Shown: in pieces, positions 13,219 through 25,454 of the stretch
How positions within the stretch are numbered: position 1 is the stretch's first letter
Layout of the letters: the number at the start of each line of letters is the position of its first letter
Source of the DNA: the human T2T-CHM13v2.0 reference genome, Homo sapiens
Reading direction: 5' to 3' (one strand)
Length of the DNA stretch: 64,000 nucleotides
Assembly (NCBI RefSeq): GCF_009914755.1
Contig: NC_060938.1
Notes under the pieces: generated by a model
Seen by the model: only the letters and a program-made list of their open reading frames with translations
Told to the model about the DNA's origin: nothing
The model's database searches: none
Made by a program: the position numbers and the translations under genes

Positions 13219-14035
13219 TGTAGTGGATGAACATTGCTTGTGCCCACTAGTACCCATTAGCCATTCCACTGAAGGGCCAATCCTTCTCTCATTCAATCTC
13301 TATGCTACAGATTGAATCAAGCCCAGTGAGGAATCCAGGGTGTACCCCTGAGTCAGTCCTGGACAATCAGAGTGCTGCCTTCTACCCATCATCACTGATT
13401 CATGGGAGGATTTAGGCCTAGAGACTACAGCAGCTATTCTGTCACCACTAGGAGCCTGAGAATGAAACCAACGTGAAATAAAAAAGAGAAAACTCATTAG
13501 AGAGACTGATTTCTTCAGAAATAAATTGTAGCTGGCTGGGCATGGTAGCTCACACCTGTAATCCTAGCATCTTGGGAGACCAAGGTGGGCAGATTGTCTG
13601 AGCTCAGGAGTTTGAGACCAGCCTGGGCAACACGGTGAAACCCCGTCTCTACTAAACACAAAAAAGAAAAAAAAAATTAGCCAGACATGGTGGCGTGCGC
13701 CTGTTTACAGTCCCAGCTACTCTGGAGGCTGAGGCAGGAGATTCACTGGAACCCAGGAGGTGGAGGTTGCAGTAGCCGAGATCACACCACTGCACTCCAG
13801 CCCAGGCAACAGAGGGAGACTCCGTCTCATAAAAAAAAAAAAAGAAAGAAAGAAAGAAAACAATTGTAGCCTCTGTAACAAGAACTAGAAATGCCCAAAC
13901 TTCACTCTGTATTCTCCAAACATTCCCCTACTCCCAGCCTTTTCTTCCACATGAGGCAATAAATTTTCTTTTTTCTAAATTAGTTTGGGTAAGGTTTATT
14001 TCATTTGGTACTTTAAAAAACCTTGTTTGGCAATG
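13219..14035 (+). mobile_element. Old MLT1 (J/K-like) LTR interrupted by an Alu
   Basis: Starts tgtagtgg; MLT1-type 3' end catgaggcaataaattttctt...tttgggtaaggtttatttcatttgg. Confidence 0.6.
13534..13860 (+). mobile_element. AluS, full length
   Basis: Dimeric Alu with A/(GAAA)n tail; TSD core aattgtagc on both sides. Confidence 0.96.
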
Positions 14036-14072
14036 TAAGTTATCAATAAACCTGAGAGGAATAAATGTAAAC

Positions 14073-14354
14073 AATAACCCTTTATAGGACATAGTAATTG
14101 ATTTCTAAAAAAAATTGGAAAACTCTCCTATATACAGAGATGATCAAAAAATAAGAATGTAATATATTATATATATATTATTATATATTATATATTTATA
14201 ATATTAAATATTATAAGTATAATATATATTATAATATATAATGTATTATATTTATAATATATAATAACCCCTTATAGGACATAGTAATTGATTTCTAAAA
14301 AACTGGAAAACTCTCCTACATACAGAGATGATCAAATAGTAAGAATGTAATATT
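14073..14354. repeat. About 92-bp direct duplication separated by an AT-only spacer
   Basis: aataaccc.ttataggacatagtaattgatttctaaaa...aagaatgtaatat at 14073-14165 and 14263-14354. Confidence 0.95.
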
Positions 14355-15414
14355 GGATCCCATTTTTAAACATTTAGCTGAAATCATTCCAAAGCCTTAG
14401 AAATTTGGAAAAAATGGAGAAAAAAAGATATTTTATAACTCATTTCTGAGGCCAACAATGTGTGACATTCATCTTCCATATAACAAGGTGTCTTGGGTGA
14501 AAATAACTATTTGGGCCTCTTGAAGCTCTCTCTTAGAAGCTGTGACACTTGTTTTAAGCCTTAAAAAAAATCACAAAGAAGAGAGGGAAGGAAGCCAAAA
14601 TCTTCAGTGACTAGAACTCAGGCAGTGACATTTACTAAAGCAGCTGCCTCTAGTCAGCCTCTGAGACACAGAGTACACAGAACAAACTGCTTTTTAAACT
14701 GTTGTTTTTAGCTGGATGAAAAGTGATGTTTATTCTCATTCATTTCAGGATTTTTCATATCTAAAAGATGGTCTCACCATAAAAATTACTGTTAAAATGG
14801 AAGAGCTAATATCGACTTGATCATGAAGCCATAAACATAGTTTAAAAGCTATTTATCAACATAAATGATCTTGCACATCTGACACATTTTTATGCAGAAA
14901 AGGGTAGAGTAACAGACCCATGCCTTTATAATGCAGTGCTCTGTAACTAATGATTTTTTGAAAAATAATTTTGCATTTCTCACAATTTTATGAGGAAGCT
15001 AATGATTTCAAGTGATGAATTTTTTTTAAACCTTACTCTGTGTGGTTAATGGTTTCTCATAGCTAATAAGAGAATACCACTCTGACAATTTTAGAGAGTA
15101 TTGTTTTCCAACTAATAATGGATCCTAAAGATTCTTACACCTTTACTCAATGAATTGTGCGTAATCTTCCAAGATGTATTTCCAAGTACATTGCATTATT
15201 TTGGTGCATATCCATATATCAGATTATGACTTCCTTAAATATTAAGAATGCCGAAAGAGGAATCTAAATGCATTGCTTATTATGTTGAATTGGCACTGAT
15301 ATATCTTAAGATCTAGTGATTTCTCTCTGCTCTTTTAATATCTTAAAACTTGTTGAACATAACTTTAAAGTAGAAAAAAAGCAATGGAAACAAATAATAC
15401 TACCTTTTTTCTAG

Positions 15415-15620
15415 AGTGATTCTTCTTAGAGGGGCAATATCTCTCCCGGATACACCCAAAGCCCCTTGGCAATGTCGGGAGACATTTGTGGTTGTCACAA
15501 GGGTCGGAGGTGTTACTGGCATCCTGCAGGTAGAAGCCATGGGTGCTGCTAGGTATCCTGAATGGACAGGAAGCCCCTCACAACAGTTAATTCTCTAGTC
15601 TAAAATTTCCATAAAGTTGG
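15415..15620. mobile_element. MER20 hAT-Charlie DNA transposon
   Basis: ggcaatgtcgggagacatttgtggttgtcacaa...tactggcatcctgcaggtagaagccatgggtgctgct. Confidence 0.88.
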
Positions 15621-18600
15621 CCAGGCGGTGCCCCACAATGGAATTTCAAAGCTCAACCTAATGAAAATTGCTGCTGTAATCTGTTCACTCATATCTGGAC
15701 TTCTCAATTCTTTAATGAAACCCTCACAATCTTGAGAAGGACACTTGTCAGAATGTGCACTCCCACCCACCCCCCAACACTAGCTGTTATATAATTCTTT
15801 GTCTCTCAACTAGTATGCTGCTCTTTCACTGGTTTCTGGCTGTCTCTGAGATTAAGACTATATTATTCAAGCCATTGCTAGCCAAGTTCATGGGATTAAT
15901 TGCAGATACACTATTTCAGCATCTGAATTGCCACCTAGGACTTGGGTAATGTGTGAGATGCAGAAGAATTTGATGAGGTTCCTTCCTATCTACCTAAGGT
16001 ATGGAGAGATGATCCATGAGTTGGAACAAAGAATGAAAACTGAAAAAGGACACAATTTAAAATCAGCTCTAGGGCTTTAAACCAGTATTTTCTGTACCGC
16101 AATAGTGAAAATGAGAGGTATGGGAAAACAGGAGGTAATTTCCAGGTTGTTTCTAAAATACAGTTCTATCTGAACACAGGATAGAATATTTTATGGAATT
16201 GGATAACAAAATGGCCATTACTTTAAGACCTAAAGTATGATTTCAGTGCTTGGCTCAAAGAACTGGTAAAGGTGCCATTTTACGTTGGCTGATACCTCTG
16301 TGCAGAGTTCCAGAACAGTACCATTTGGACACAGCTTTGGCAGATTGCTGTCACCCAGAGACCTTTTTATAAGCCCAAAGTCAAGCAGTGGAATGTGAAA
16401 CCCACCATAATATTGGATCACATAGAGGTACCCAGTGGTCTAGAGCATTATGAGGTAAAATCTACATCCAAGTTGAAATAGCTGCCACTGAGATAAATAG
16501 AAAAATACCAACTAGCTTCTCCCAAGCTTGGAATGACCTATTCTTATTGGGCAAGGAATTGCAGGTAGAAGAATGTTCTGTTCCCAGGAAAGGCTACTCA
16601 CAAAGGGGTTGTCCATATCAGAAATTCAGAAAGCAAATTGCCCTAATATGACTAGAAATCTAGATGGATATTCATTGATATTATCCTTCTGGAAAATTAT
16701 CCTCACTGCAAGAATTAATGGATAAAAAGGGAAGTTAATGGTTAGGATATGCTATTATTTAGGAGAGACAGATTTTTTTGCTCCATTTTAAAGATTATGG
16801 GAGACTAGGTTATATATACCACCATTGCAATAATAATTTAAAATATTTAGCTGTGAGATAAATTAAGCAGCTGATCTGAGTTAGTAGATTATTTTAGATA
16901 AAATACTATGGTTCCTTTTATGGGAATTGAAATCATTTTTTTCTTAATACCCTACTTCTCTCTGAGACACAGAACCAACATGGAAGCTTATTCTCTACTG
17001 AGAGTCATCATTTAAGTTCTTAATAAAAATGCAAAGAGGCATGAAATGTAGTTGAGAGAAAAAGAATATTAACATGAGGAATCAACCTGAAAAGCAATTC
17101 ATTCAAATCGTCTTGTGATGTTTCATTCCTGAAACTTCTATAAACATAGTTTTCATCATTTAATGACTCAGGTAAAACGGAAACATCATTCCATTTTGGT
17201 CTCATCTTTGTTGTAAAATATGTTGATAGTCTTGAATAGTACTATATGATACAAACTTTTTTGAATTACTTCTAACAAATAAGGATAATATTTCCCTTGA
17301 TTGTAGATATTTCCAAGATGAGTGATAATTTGCTGAAATTACATTTATTATCAAAGTCAATATTTTGCTTCCACTTCTGCAGACTTAAAATTCTAATTGT
17401 CATTATTCAAATTGCCCTTATTCATTTATTAAAAACCTTGTATTTGGTGCTTCATAAATGCAAGCTCCTGTATCAGACACAATTCAAAATATGGTAGCTC
17501 CTTTGTCTTCTTTTAGCCTGAGATTACAGCAAGTATGGCAGAAGAAATTTAAAAAGAGGGCAAAAGTGAAAGGACAATAATAAGGTTTATGAAGGACTGT
17601 TTTGTATTGGTTTCAACAAATTATCTTAAATCTCTGATTCAGTCCTCATGGTATAAAATCCCATACACAAAAAAAAAAAAAAGTGAAATGAAACAATTTC
17701 ATTTATTTCTTTCTGCTAAAATTGCATTTGTATTTGGAACACTGAAATATTGAAATGCGTATGAGGTACAATTTTAAGTAGTAGCAGAAATATATGTTTG
17801 AAATGTCTAAAGTTACTTATAACCTACTGCAAACTTTACAGAATAGGTCATAGGCCTTTGGAAAAGGTAAAATAACTGAACAAAATCAAAGGAAAAAAAC
17901 TGAAAGGAAAGAATAAGACATAAAAGAAAGAAAAACAAGACGAGGAAAGTAATAATGCCAAGGATAAGACAGCAATTTATATTTTGTTTTCTAACTGATT
18001 TAAAGGAATATTATTTGTATTTAAATATTCTAGTTATAAATCCATCAATGCTTAGGCCTCCATTAGTTTTCAAAACCATGGAATTAAAAATCTCTAGGAA
18101 TAAAAGGACCTTAACTGTGTTCGGATCTCACATGAAGAAATGAACCTGGAATTTAGTTAATTCCATTTTCTTTACTATCAGAGCTTTAAGTGACTCAGCT
18201 GAATTCAGAGTTGAATTTTTTCTCCAAATGAGATCTGAGATTTAGGAATCTCATGAAAAGTAAGACAATAAAGAAATGAAAAAATCTACTGATGCTTAGG
18301 GCAGAGTAGCGATCAAGATTTGATGTAATAGGCATATGAGAATATTTCTTTCATTTTAATCACAAGTTGATGTTAATATAAAATGTTAAAGATCTGATTT
18401 TTGCCTGTATGCATGTATTTATAAATGCTCTAGGCATTGGTATCCTAAGTTGAATAATTGTTGAGTGCTTTTCCGAGGTTGGAAGCTTGACGTGGTTGAA
18501 TAAAAATTACTGAGATGAAACTGGATTGTCAGGGGAAGCCCCGTTTGCCATTATACAAATGAGCCAAACACTAGAAAATAGCTCCAGTACATCTGTTTAT

Positions 18601-19094
18601 AATGGGGTTTGGCGTTTGAAACAAGATTATTAGGTTCATCTGCAATATCTTAACAATGATCCAGTTCCCAGCTTGCTAATAATTCATGCATTTGGGTACA
18701 GAAAAATACAACTTATGTTTTGTGCAGAAATAAATAACATGTAAGCTGTATTTTACTCTGAGATGAACATCACGATAAATAATTCTAAAAGAATTTTTTT
18801 TTTCATTTTTTCCCCCCAATAGTACACTCTAAATTTCCCGGGCATGTTAGGTAGAGGGACTTTAGTACGATGCAGGTTCTACTGCAAAGTCAACATTTTA
18901 TGTCTGACTGTAAAACACGTTATTAAGGATTGAGATGAGAAAACATGAAGCTTTACCTGATCAGAGAGTTAACACAATTCAAGCAAAAATACCTCAGAAG
19001 CAATCTTTTTCCAGAAGAAAATAATGACAACCAGTTAGTTTGTAAATAATCCAGATATAAATCCAGTCTTTGACTCCAGTCTTGGGCAAGTACT

Positions 19095-19262
19095 CTTGGT
19101 TTATAAAGCTAAATCCCAATCTGGCTCACCATGAGAAACCGCTGGGGGCCACCCAAACCTACTAAATAAGGATCTCTGAGGAAATATGACAAAATTTGTA
19201 GTTTTACAAAAGCTATCCCAGCGCTTTTGGATGATCCATCAGGCTTGGGGACCGCCAGTCTA
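19095..19262. mobile_element. MER5-family DNA transposon
   Basis: cccaaacctactaaataaggatctctg...tttacaaaagctatccc...caggcttggggaccgccagtcta. Confidence 0.65.
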
Positions 19263-20900
19263 CGTGAAACTTACTTTTTACTAAAATAAAATTTCAGAAG
19301 AACCAAGAAAAATCTGTTTTTGTAAAATAAAAACTTTTTCAGATATAATGTGAGTTCAGTATGTAAATGAATCTCAGTATATAAAGGCTAATTATTTGAT
19401 AATGTATTCTTCCCCCAAATTCATTGGGTTGATAGGTCTCGGGATTTGTATAAGGTAAAAAGCTTTTCTTAAAGTAAAATGGGACCTATTTCAACTGGAT
19501 CCTAACCTAGAGAATGAATCTCTCACATTTTAGTGAAGAACGCATCACATTAACTTAAATCAAATTATAATTCAGTTTCATCCAGACCTCGAATTTATGG
19601 CTGTACAAGACTTGGTTTGTTTTTGCTTTGACATTCCATGACCTTTGACCATAGATAAGGTACTAAGTCTTTTATCTCCATTTTACGCCTCATTTGTTTA
19701 TGTCCAGGAATTTGACAAAGCAATAACAATTGTTCCTAATTCAAAGTGGACTTTGAAATGAATTCATTTAATAAATATTTATTAAAAGAGTATTTTATGT
19801 CAAGACCTGATTGTCTGATAAAGGAAAACTCTCTTATTCATTTAGCATTCATTAAAGGCATCAAAAATCATTTATTGACTCTTTTCATGGATATATCAGA
19901 AGTATCAGGTGCCAAGAAATAGAAGAAATTGAGTGATTCAATTAAGTACGAAATACCAGAAATGCATCACTAACTGTTCACTCCAACTTCTGTTGAGTTC
20001 AGAGACATATATTGTACTACTGTGATGTTCAAGGCATTGATTAAGAGTTAGAAATACACACGAAGACCTATATTCTATGAGCACACAATGTAAAGTGAAA
20101 ATATCAATTGCCTAAACACCTGGTATTTATTAGTATATTCATTGGTATCTCTACAGGATATCACAAATCATCTATTGAGCTTAAAAAATAAAAAGAAACA
20201 TCTGCCAAAAGAAATGGGCCTATGGAATATTTTAGTAGAAAATATGAAGACAAGATATTAAAAGCAAGATATGTTTTACATTGAATAATTGTAGAAGACG
20301 TAAGAACAATATTTTGTTAATGTATTTACATTATTTTTAAAGACACTATTGAGTTTTGTCAGAACTGATGGTTACATTTAAAAGCTTAACTTGCGCATTT
20401 GCATATATATTGAGTTCAGAGCTTTTAGTAGCCTGAATCTTATAGATGAAACCAGCTTTTAATAATTATCTTGTATTTCTTCAATAAGTAATTATACTTA
20501 ATCAAGATTCAATTTGACTAAAATCATTTTTATTGTACAGCTATTGTTCCACAGTAAGAAAAATTCAAGTGTTAGTGGATATAATTTATAAGTTCTTATT
20601 ATGATTTACCCATATTTATTTTAATAATTTTTAAATATCAACAGAAAAAATGAGATATGATATATGTCCTTAGCTCCTCAAACTGGTGTCACTTGTTTAA
20701 AAATGTTTTTCTATCTTATAAAGTCCCATTTTTTTTATGCCATCATTGATCTTGCTGTAGCCAAAAATGTAAGTAAAATGTGTATTTTAGCCAGGGGGAT
20801 CACCTGTCTCTCAACAACCAAAATATTCCATGGCCAGTAGAAGTCTAAAACCATCCCCAAAGATTGGTGCAAACTCTCAAGGGGTGATGGTCTCGAGAGG

Positions 20901-21018
20901 AAGATGGAGACAAAAGGGTACCAGATGAGATGGTCTCAAGATCAGATCTGATCACCATCTCATAAAATCTCATCTGATCTTGAGACCATCTGATGTGGCA
21001 CCCTCTTGTCTCTGTCTT
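20901..21018. repeat. Long inverted repeat: 47-bp arms (41/47 complementary), 24-nt spacer
   Basis: 20901-20947 aagatggagacaaaagggtaccagatgagatggtctcaagatcagat versus the reverse complement of 20972-21018, aagacagagacaagagggtgccacatcagatggtctcaagatcagat. Confidence 0.95.
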
Positions 21019-21189
21019 TATACATGCATCCTCTAGGGTGTGCCATATTGCTCCAGATATGAGATATGACATCATTTTCATTTCAAAGCCAAAAACAAAC
21101 AAAAATGAATTTACATGTACAGCAATACAAGTATTTGTGATTATGGAACATTTTCTCAAAGACTTAAAGAGGAAGATGTACCGAAATGG

Positions 21190-21610
21190 ATTACCCTCGT
21201 TCTAACTTCTCAGTTTCTCATTGGGAGTCTCTCTCCTTTCTTCAATATAAACCCATGTGCTGTCAGTGAACCCAGCTTCTTCCCTGAAGTAGAGTGATTT
21301 CATGCTCCTGGCTGTAGTGATTGGTGGAATGATCTGCACATGGACAAATGAGGCTTAATGAAACTAATAAACATTTTGCCTAGAAAAGGCTCTTTGCTCC
21401 TGGATTTCAACCTGAAAATTGCTGGCAGCCATCTTGCAACCATGAAGACATGTGAAAAACAAAGAAGAAAAGAGTCAAGGAATATATTTTGCTAACCTTG
21501 TTCAAGCCCTGACTCAAGCCAATCTTCCTAGTGTCTTATGATTATGTGAGGCAGTCAATTTCAGTTTTTGTTAGCTTCCTTTTCCATTTGCACCAGGAAG
21601 ACATAAATGG
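21190..21610 (+). mobile_element. Degenerate old MLT1 LTR
   Basis: gctggcagccatcttgcaaccatgaag...ttcaagccctgactcaagcc...ttatgtgaggcagtcaattt. Confidence 0.6.
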
Positions 21611-22272
21611 TGTGATCTTTTTGTCCCTTATATAGACTTAATATAACAATGTATTTAAAGAATTTACAGGCAGGGAAAACTTCTTCCTTTTTCTTCCTTA
21701 ATTAAGGTAACTAGAACTAGGTAATACATTATATTTAACTTTTTCATTGGTTACCATAATTAAAGCCATAATTTAATCCTATGCTCCACTGCAATAAACA
21801 TCTTTGCCTAGATTGAAGTACAGTTATGTTTCCATAACTGTATTTCCTCTACCACTATATTTTCTCTTTATTTTGATATTCCCGCTGTGTCAATATCTTT
21901 TATTAAAAACGACTTTGATGGCAAAATTTTAATTGTTCAAAGTGAAAAAATAAATAATCTAGTTTTTTATTAGTTAGAAAATCCTTCTCCAGAAGTGCTA
22001 TTTGCAATAATATAAAAACTTTGCACTACATAATGAACATTTTGAATTAAAACAACAACACTAGTATAATTTAATGGATAAATTAGATTGTTTTATTTTT
22101 CCAGGAAATTAATACAAATTATAGGGAAGGAACCACAAGATGACAGCACAGAATTAGTTAATGAGTTGGAATGAATAAATCAATTAAAGGAAACACATTT
22201 TCTGAATTAATGATTATTATATTGTGATTGAACAACTGATGAATTTAAATACAGACACAAACACACAATTTT

Positions 22273-22318
22273 TCTCTCTCTCTATATATATATATATATC
22301 ACACACACACACACACAT
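22273..22318. repeat. Compound (CT)n(AT)n(AC)n microsatellite
   Basis: Visible directly. Confidence 0.9.
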
Positions 22319-23634
22319 GAATGCCTATCTGTTCCAATGTAGGTAACTGGTTTTCATTTTCTAAACCAAAAAAAGGATAAAAACGTACCTGAAGAAAAAA
22401 GAAGTTTAAAAGAATGACTGATTTCTCTTCTGGCTTCTTCCTTAATTGTGTGCATTGAAGAGGGAGACAGTCGTAGAAAGCAATTCTGAACTATCAGTAC
22501 CCACATCAGTTGCAGATTTACTTCCTGGATAGTAGAATAATTTCCCTGTTTCCCAAGGTGTTAATAGATAAACCTTAAGAGCAGTGAGAACAGTGCCTAA
22601 AATCCTAAATTGAAGGGGAATAATATGACTTAAACAATAGAAGCACAGTATGCGTAAATTCAGCATAAGGAAGAATTGTGCTGAAAGGATAAGAAGATGT
22701 TACAAAATAAAAAAAAAAAAATCAAAGACTGTATAGAACTAGAACTTCAAAAAAACTTGGACCTGTTCTGAGAACTTGTGTAATAGGAACAAATGGGCAA
22801 CCAATCGCTTTAGGGACTTGCAAAAGGAATGAATGAGCATCATTTATCTACTCTGATGCTGCTCAGATGCAGATTGGTGATTCATACAGACAGTCTGACC
22901 ACTAAGCTTCACTTACTCGCTGACCCTTGATTGGCCAAGACTCCCTCATTGGCAATCTCTCCAAGAGTAAATGTATTGAGAGAGACTCAGTTTCTCAAAG
23001 GAATATTAGGGTGCTGCTTCCAAAGGAAATGGAGAGGGATATTGCTTAGGCCACCAAAACAGACTGGGCTCAAATCCAAAACTGTCCAGAAAGAGAAAGA
23101 AAATAAGAGGCTGAAAGCAAGAGAGAAAAAAGTAAAAGCCACCAGCTCAAGTAAAGTAATCTGGGAGAATGCTTTATATATTTCTCTGAAGACAAGTAAT
23201 AAATTATAGTTTATGATATTGTTTTGTGCATAATTATATCAAAGGGGAGAACAAGCCAATTTTTCCTTTCCAAATTTCCCAGGTAGAAAGCAAACAAACT
23301 GTTTTACAACATCCACGCTTAGAATAGATTTGCTTTCTTCTGACCCAGTGGGTAACACACATTTTAACGTTGTTTTTCCTTTATGTAGCTTCTTAAGCCT
23401 TTACCTTTTTATCTACAGTGTATAAGTTGATGTAGTTGCCCTGTGTGCTTTGCTAGCCTCTGGTATTTTTTCCTTCAACCTGAAGTGCACGACATAGCCA
23501 TGTGTTTGAGGTTTTAATATTTTTGTAATTACTTTATTAATGGGCTGCAAGTGTTTTACACCTATTCTTTTGAAAGAATGGTTGCCAGTTCTGACATGCA
23601 TTTTGGAATTTGAAGCTTAGAGAAATTAACAAAG

Positions 23635-23949
23635 TTTTTATTTATTCATTTATTTACTTATTTATTCTGAGATGGAGTCTCACTCTTTCGCCCAGGCTGG
23701 GGTGCAGTGGCGCGATCTTGGCTCACTGCAACCTCCACGTCCTGAGTTCAAGCTAGTCTCCTACCTCAGTCTCTCGAGTAGCTGGGATTACAGGCACCTG
23801 CCACCATGCTCGGCTAATTTTTGTGTTTTTAGTAGAGACGGGGATTCACCGTGTTGGCTGGCTGGTCTCAAACTCCTGACCTCAGGTGATCCACCCACCT
23901 CGGCCTCCCAAAGTGCTAGGATTACAGGCATGAGCCACTGTGTACGGCC
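23635..23949 (-). mobile_element. AluSx-like, full length
   Basis: Antisense Alu with (TTTA)n tail; explains ORFs 23672+ and 23788-. Confidence 0.96.
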
Positions 23950-24129
23950 AGTTTTATTTATGTAATAAGGCATTATTTCTTGATCATCTGATCTTAATAT
24001 TTTCAGGACAATGCCAGGTTACAATTTTATCAGTAAAGTCTTTGTTACACGAAGCAATCTTCTTACTAATTTTTTCTTAGTCATTAAGAGTAGTCATAAC
24101 ACATTTTTCTATTGAATACATGAAGTATA

Positions 24130-25450
24130 TTGCTTTTATTTGTGATTTTTCAATGGTTTTAGCATGTTTACAAACTTATGCAACAATAACCACTATCTAA
24201 TTCCAGAACATGTGCATCATCCCCGAAAGAAACACCTTATTCCTTAGAAGTCACTCTCAATTCCCAACCCCTGCCTCCTTCCAGCCTCTAGCAAGAATTA
24301 ATGTAATTAATATAATTTCTGGCTCTATTAATTTGCATTTTCTGGACATTTAAGAATGTCCAGAATCATAAATGAAATCATGCGATATTCAATATGTGGT
24401 GTTTCCTGTCTGGACTTAGCATAGTGTTGCTTAAAAATATGTTGTTTAAAAATGTATGGACTTAGCATAGTATTTTCAAAGTTCTAATGTTCTATCATAT
24501 AACAATGCTTCATTCCTTTTCATGGCTGAGTAATATTTCATTGTATGGCTATATTACAGTTTGTCCATTCATCAGTTAATGGACATTTGGATGGTTTCCC
24601 CCTTTTATCTATTATGAATAATGATGTTATGAACACCCAAGTACAAGTTTTTGTAGGAACATATGTTTTCAATTCCCTTGGGCATATACTCAGAAGTAAA
24701 TTGCTGGATCATATGGTAACTCGATGTTTAAGTTTTTGAGGACCTGCCAAATAATTTTCTAAAGCAATTTCATTTTATGTTCTCACCATCAGTGTATAAG
24801 GAATCCAATTTCTCCACGTCATCTCTAACATTTGTCATTGCGTATTTTTGATTATAGCCATTCTACTTTTCTTAAAGTGGTATTATACTGTGGTTTTGAT
24901 TTGTATCTCTCTAATGACTAACGGTGTTGAGTATCTTTTTTTATTTTAATTTTTTGTAATGACAGCCTTTCTTTGGAGAAAGGTTTATTACATTTCTTGG
25001 CATTTTAAAATTGCATTGTCTTTTCATTATTGAGCTACTTGTATTCTTTGTATACTCTGAGTGCAACTATTGTATCAGATATATTATTTGCAAATATTTC
25101 CTCCTACTTTGTGAGTTATCTTTCTGTTTTCTTAATGGTATACTTTGAAGCACAAGTATTTTTAATTTTGATGAATCTCAATTTTGTTTTATTTTCCTTT
25201 TTTGTTTGTAGTTTCATGTAATCCTTGTGTACTCCAATATGATAAAGATTTTCACCTACATTTTTCTTTAAGAGGTTTATACTTTTAGCTCTGACATTTA
25301 GAACTTTGAACTATTTGAATTAATTTTTGTAGATGGTATGAGATTGGGTTTCAAATTAGTTCTTTTGCATGTGGATATTCAGTTGTCCCAGAATTGTTTG
25401 TTGAAAAACATATCATTTTCCCTTTGAATTATTCTGGTATCGTTGTCAAA
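24130..25450 (-). mobile_element. L1MB-type 3' fragment
   Basis: Antisense L1 3'UTR and ORF2 end (ttccagaacat...catccccgaaagaaac; ttgctggatcatatggtaactc). Confidence 0.85.
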
Positions 25451-25454
25451 AAAA

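Noticed and set aside
16293-16481. Stop-free plus-strand stretch with a possible acceptor (tgcag, 16305) and donor (gag|gtaaaa, about 16454)
   Set aside because: Weak polypyrimidine tract and no recognisable protein similarity; cannot be supported as an exon without RNA data
17020-17340. Minus-strand peptides faintly resembling Harbinger or hAT transposase segments
   Set aside because: No diagnostic motif and the similarity is within noise; a profile HMM search would be needed
23672-23973. Alu-derived ORFs here and at 3831, 13687, 32039, 33253, 36381 and 37331
   Set aside because: Standard Alu translations, not genes
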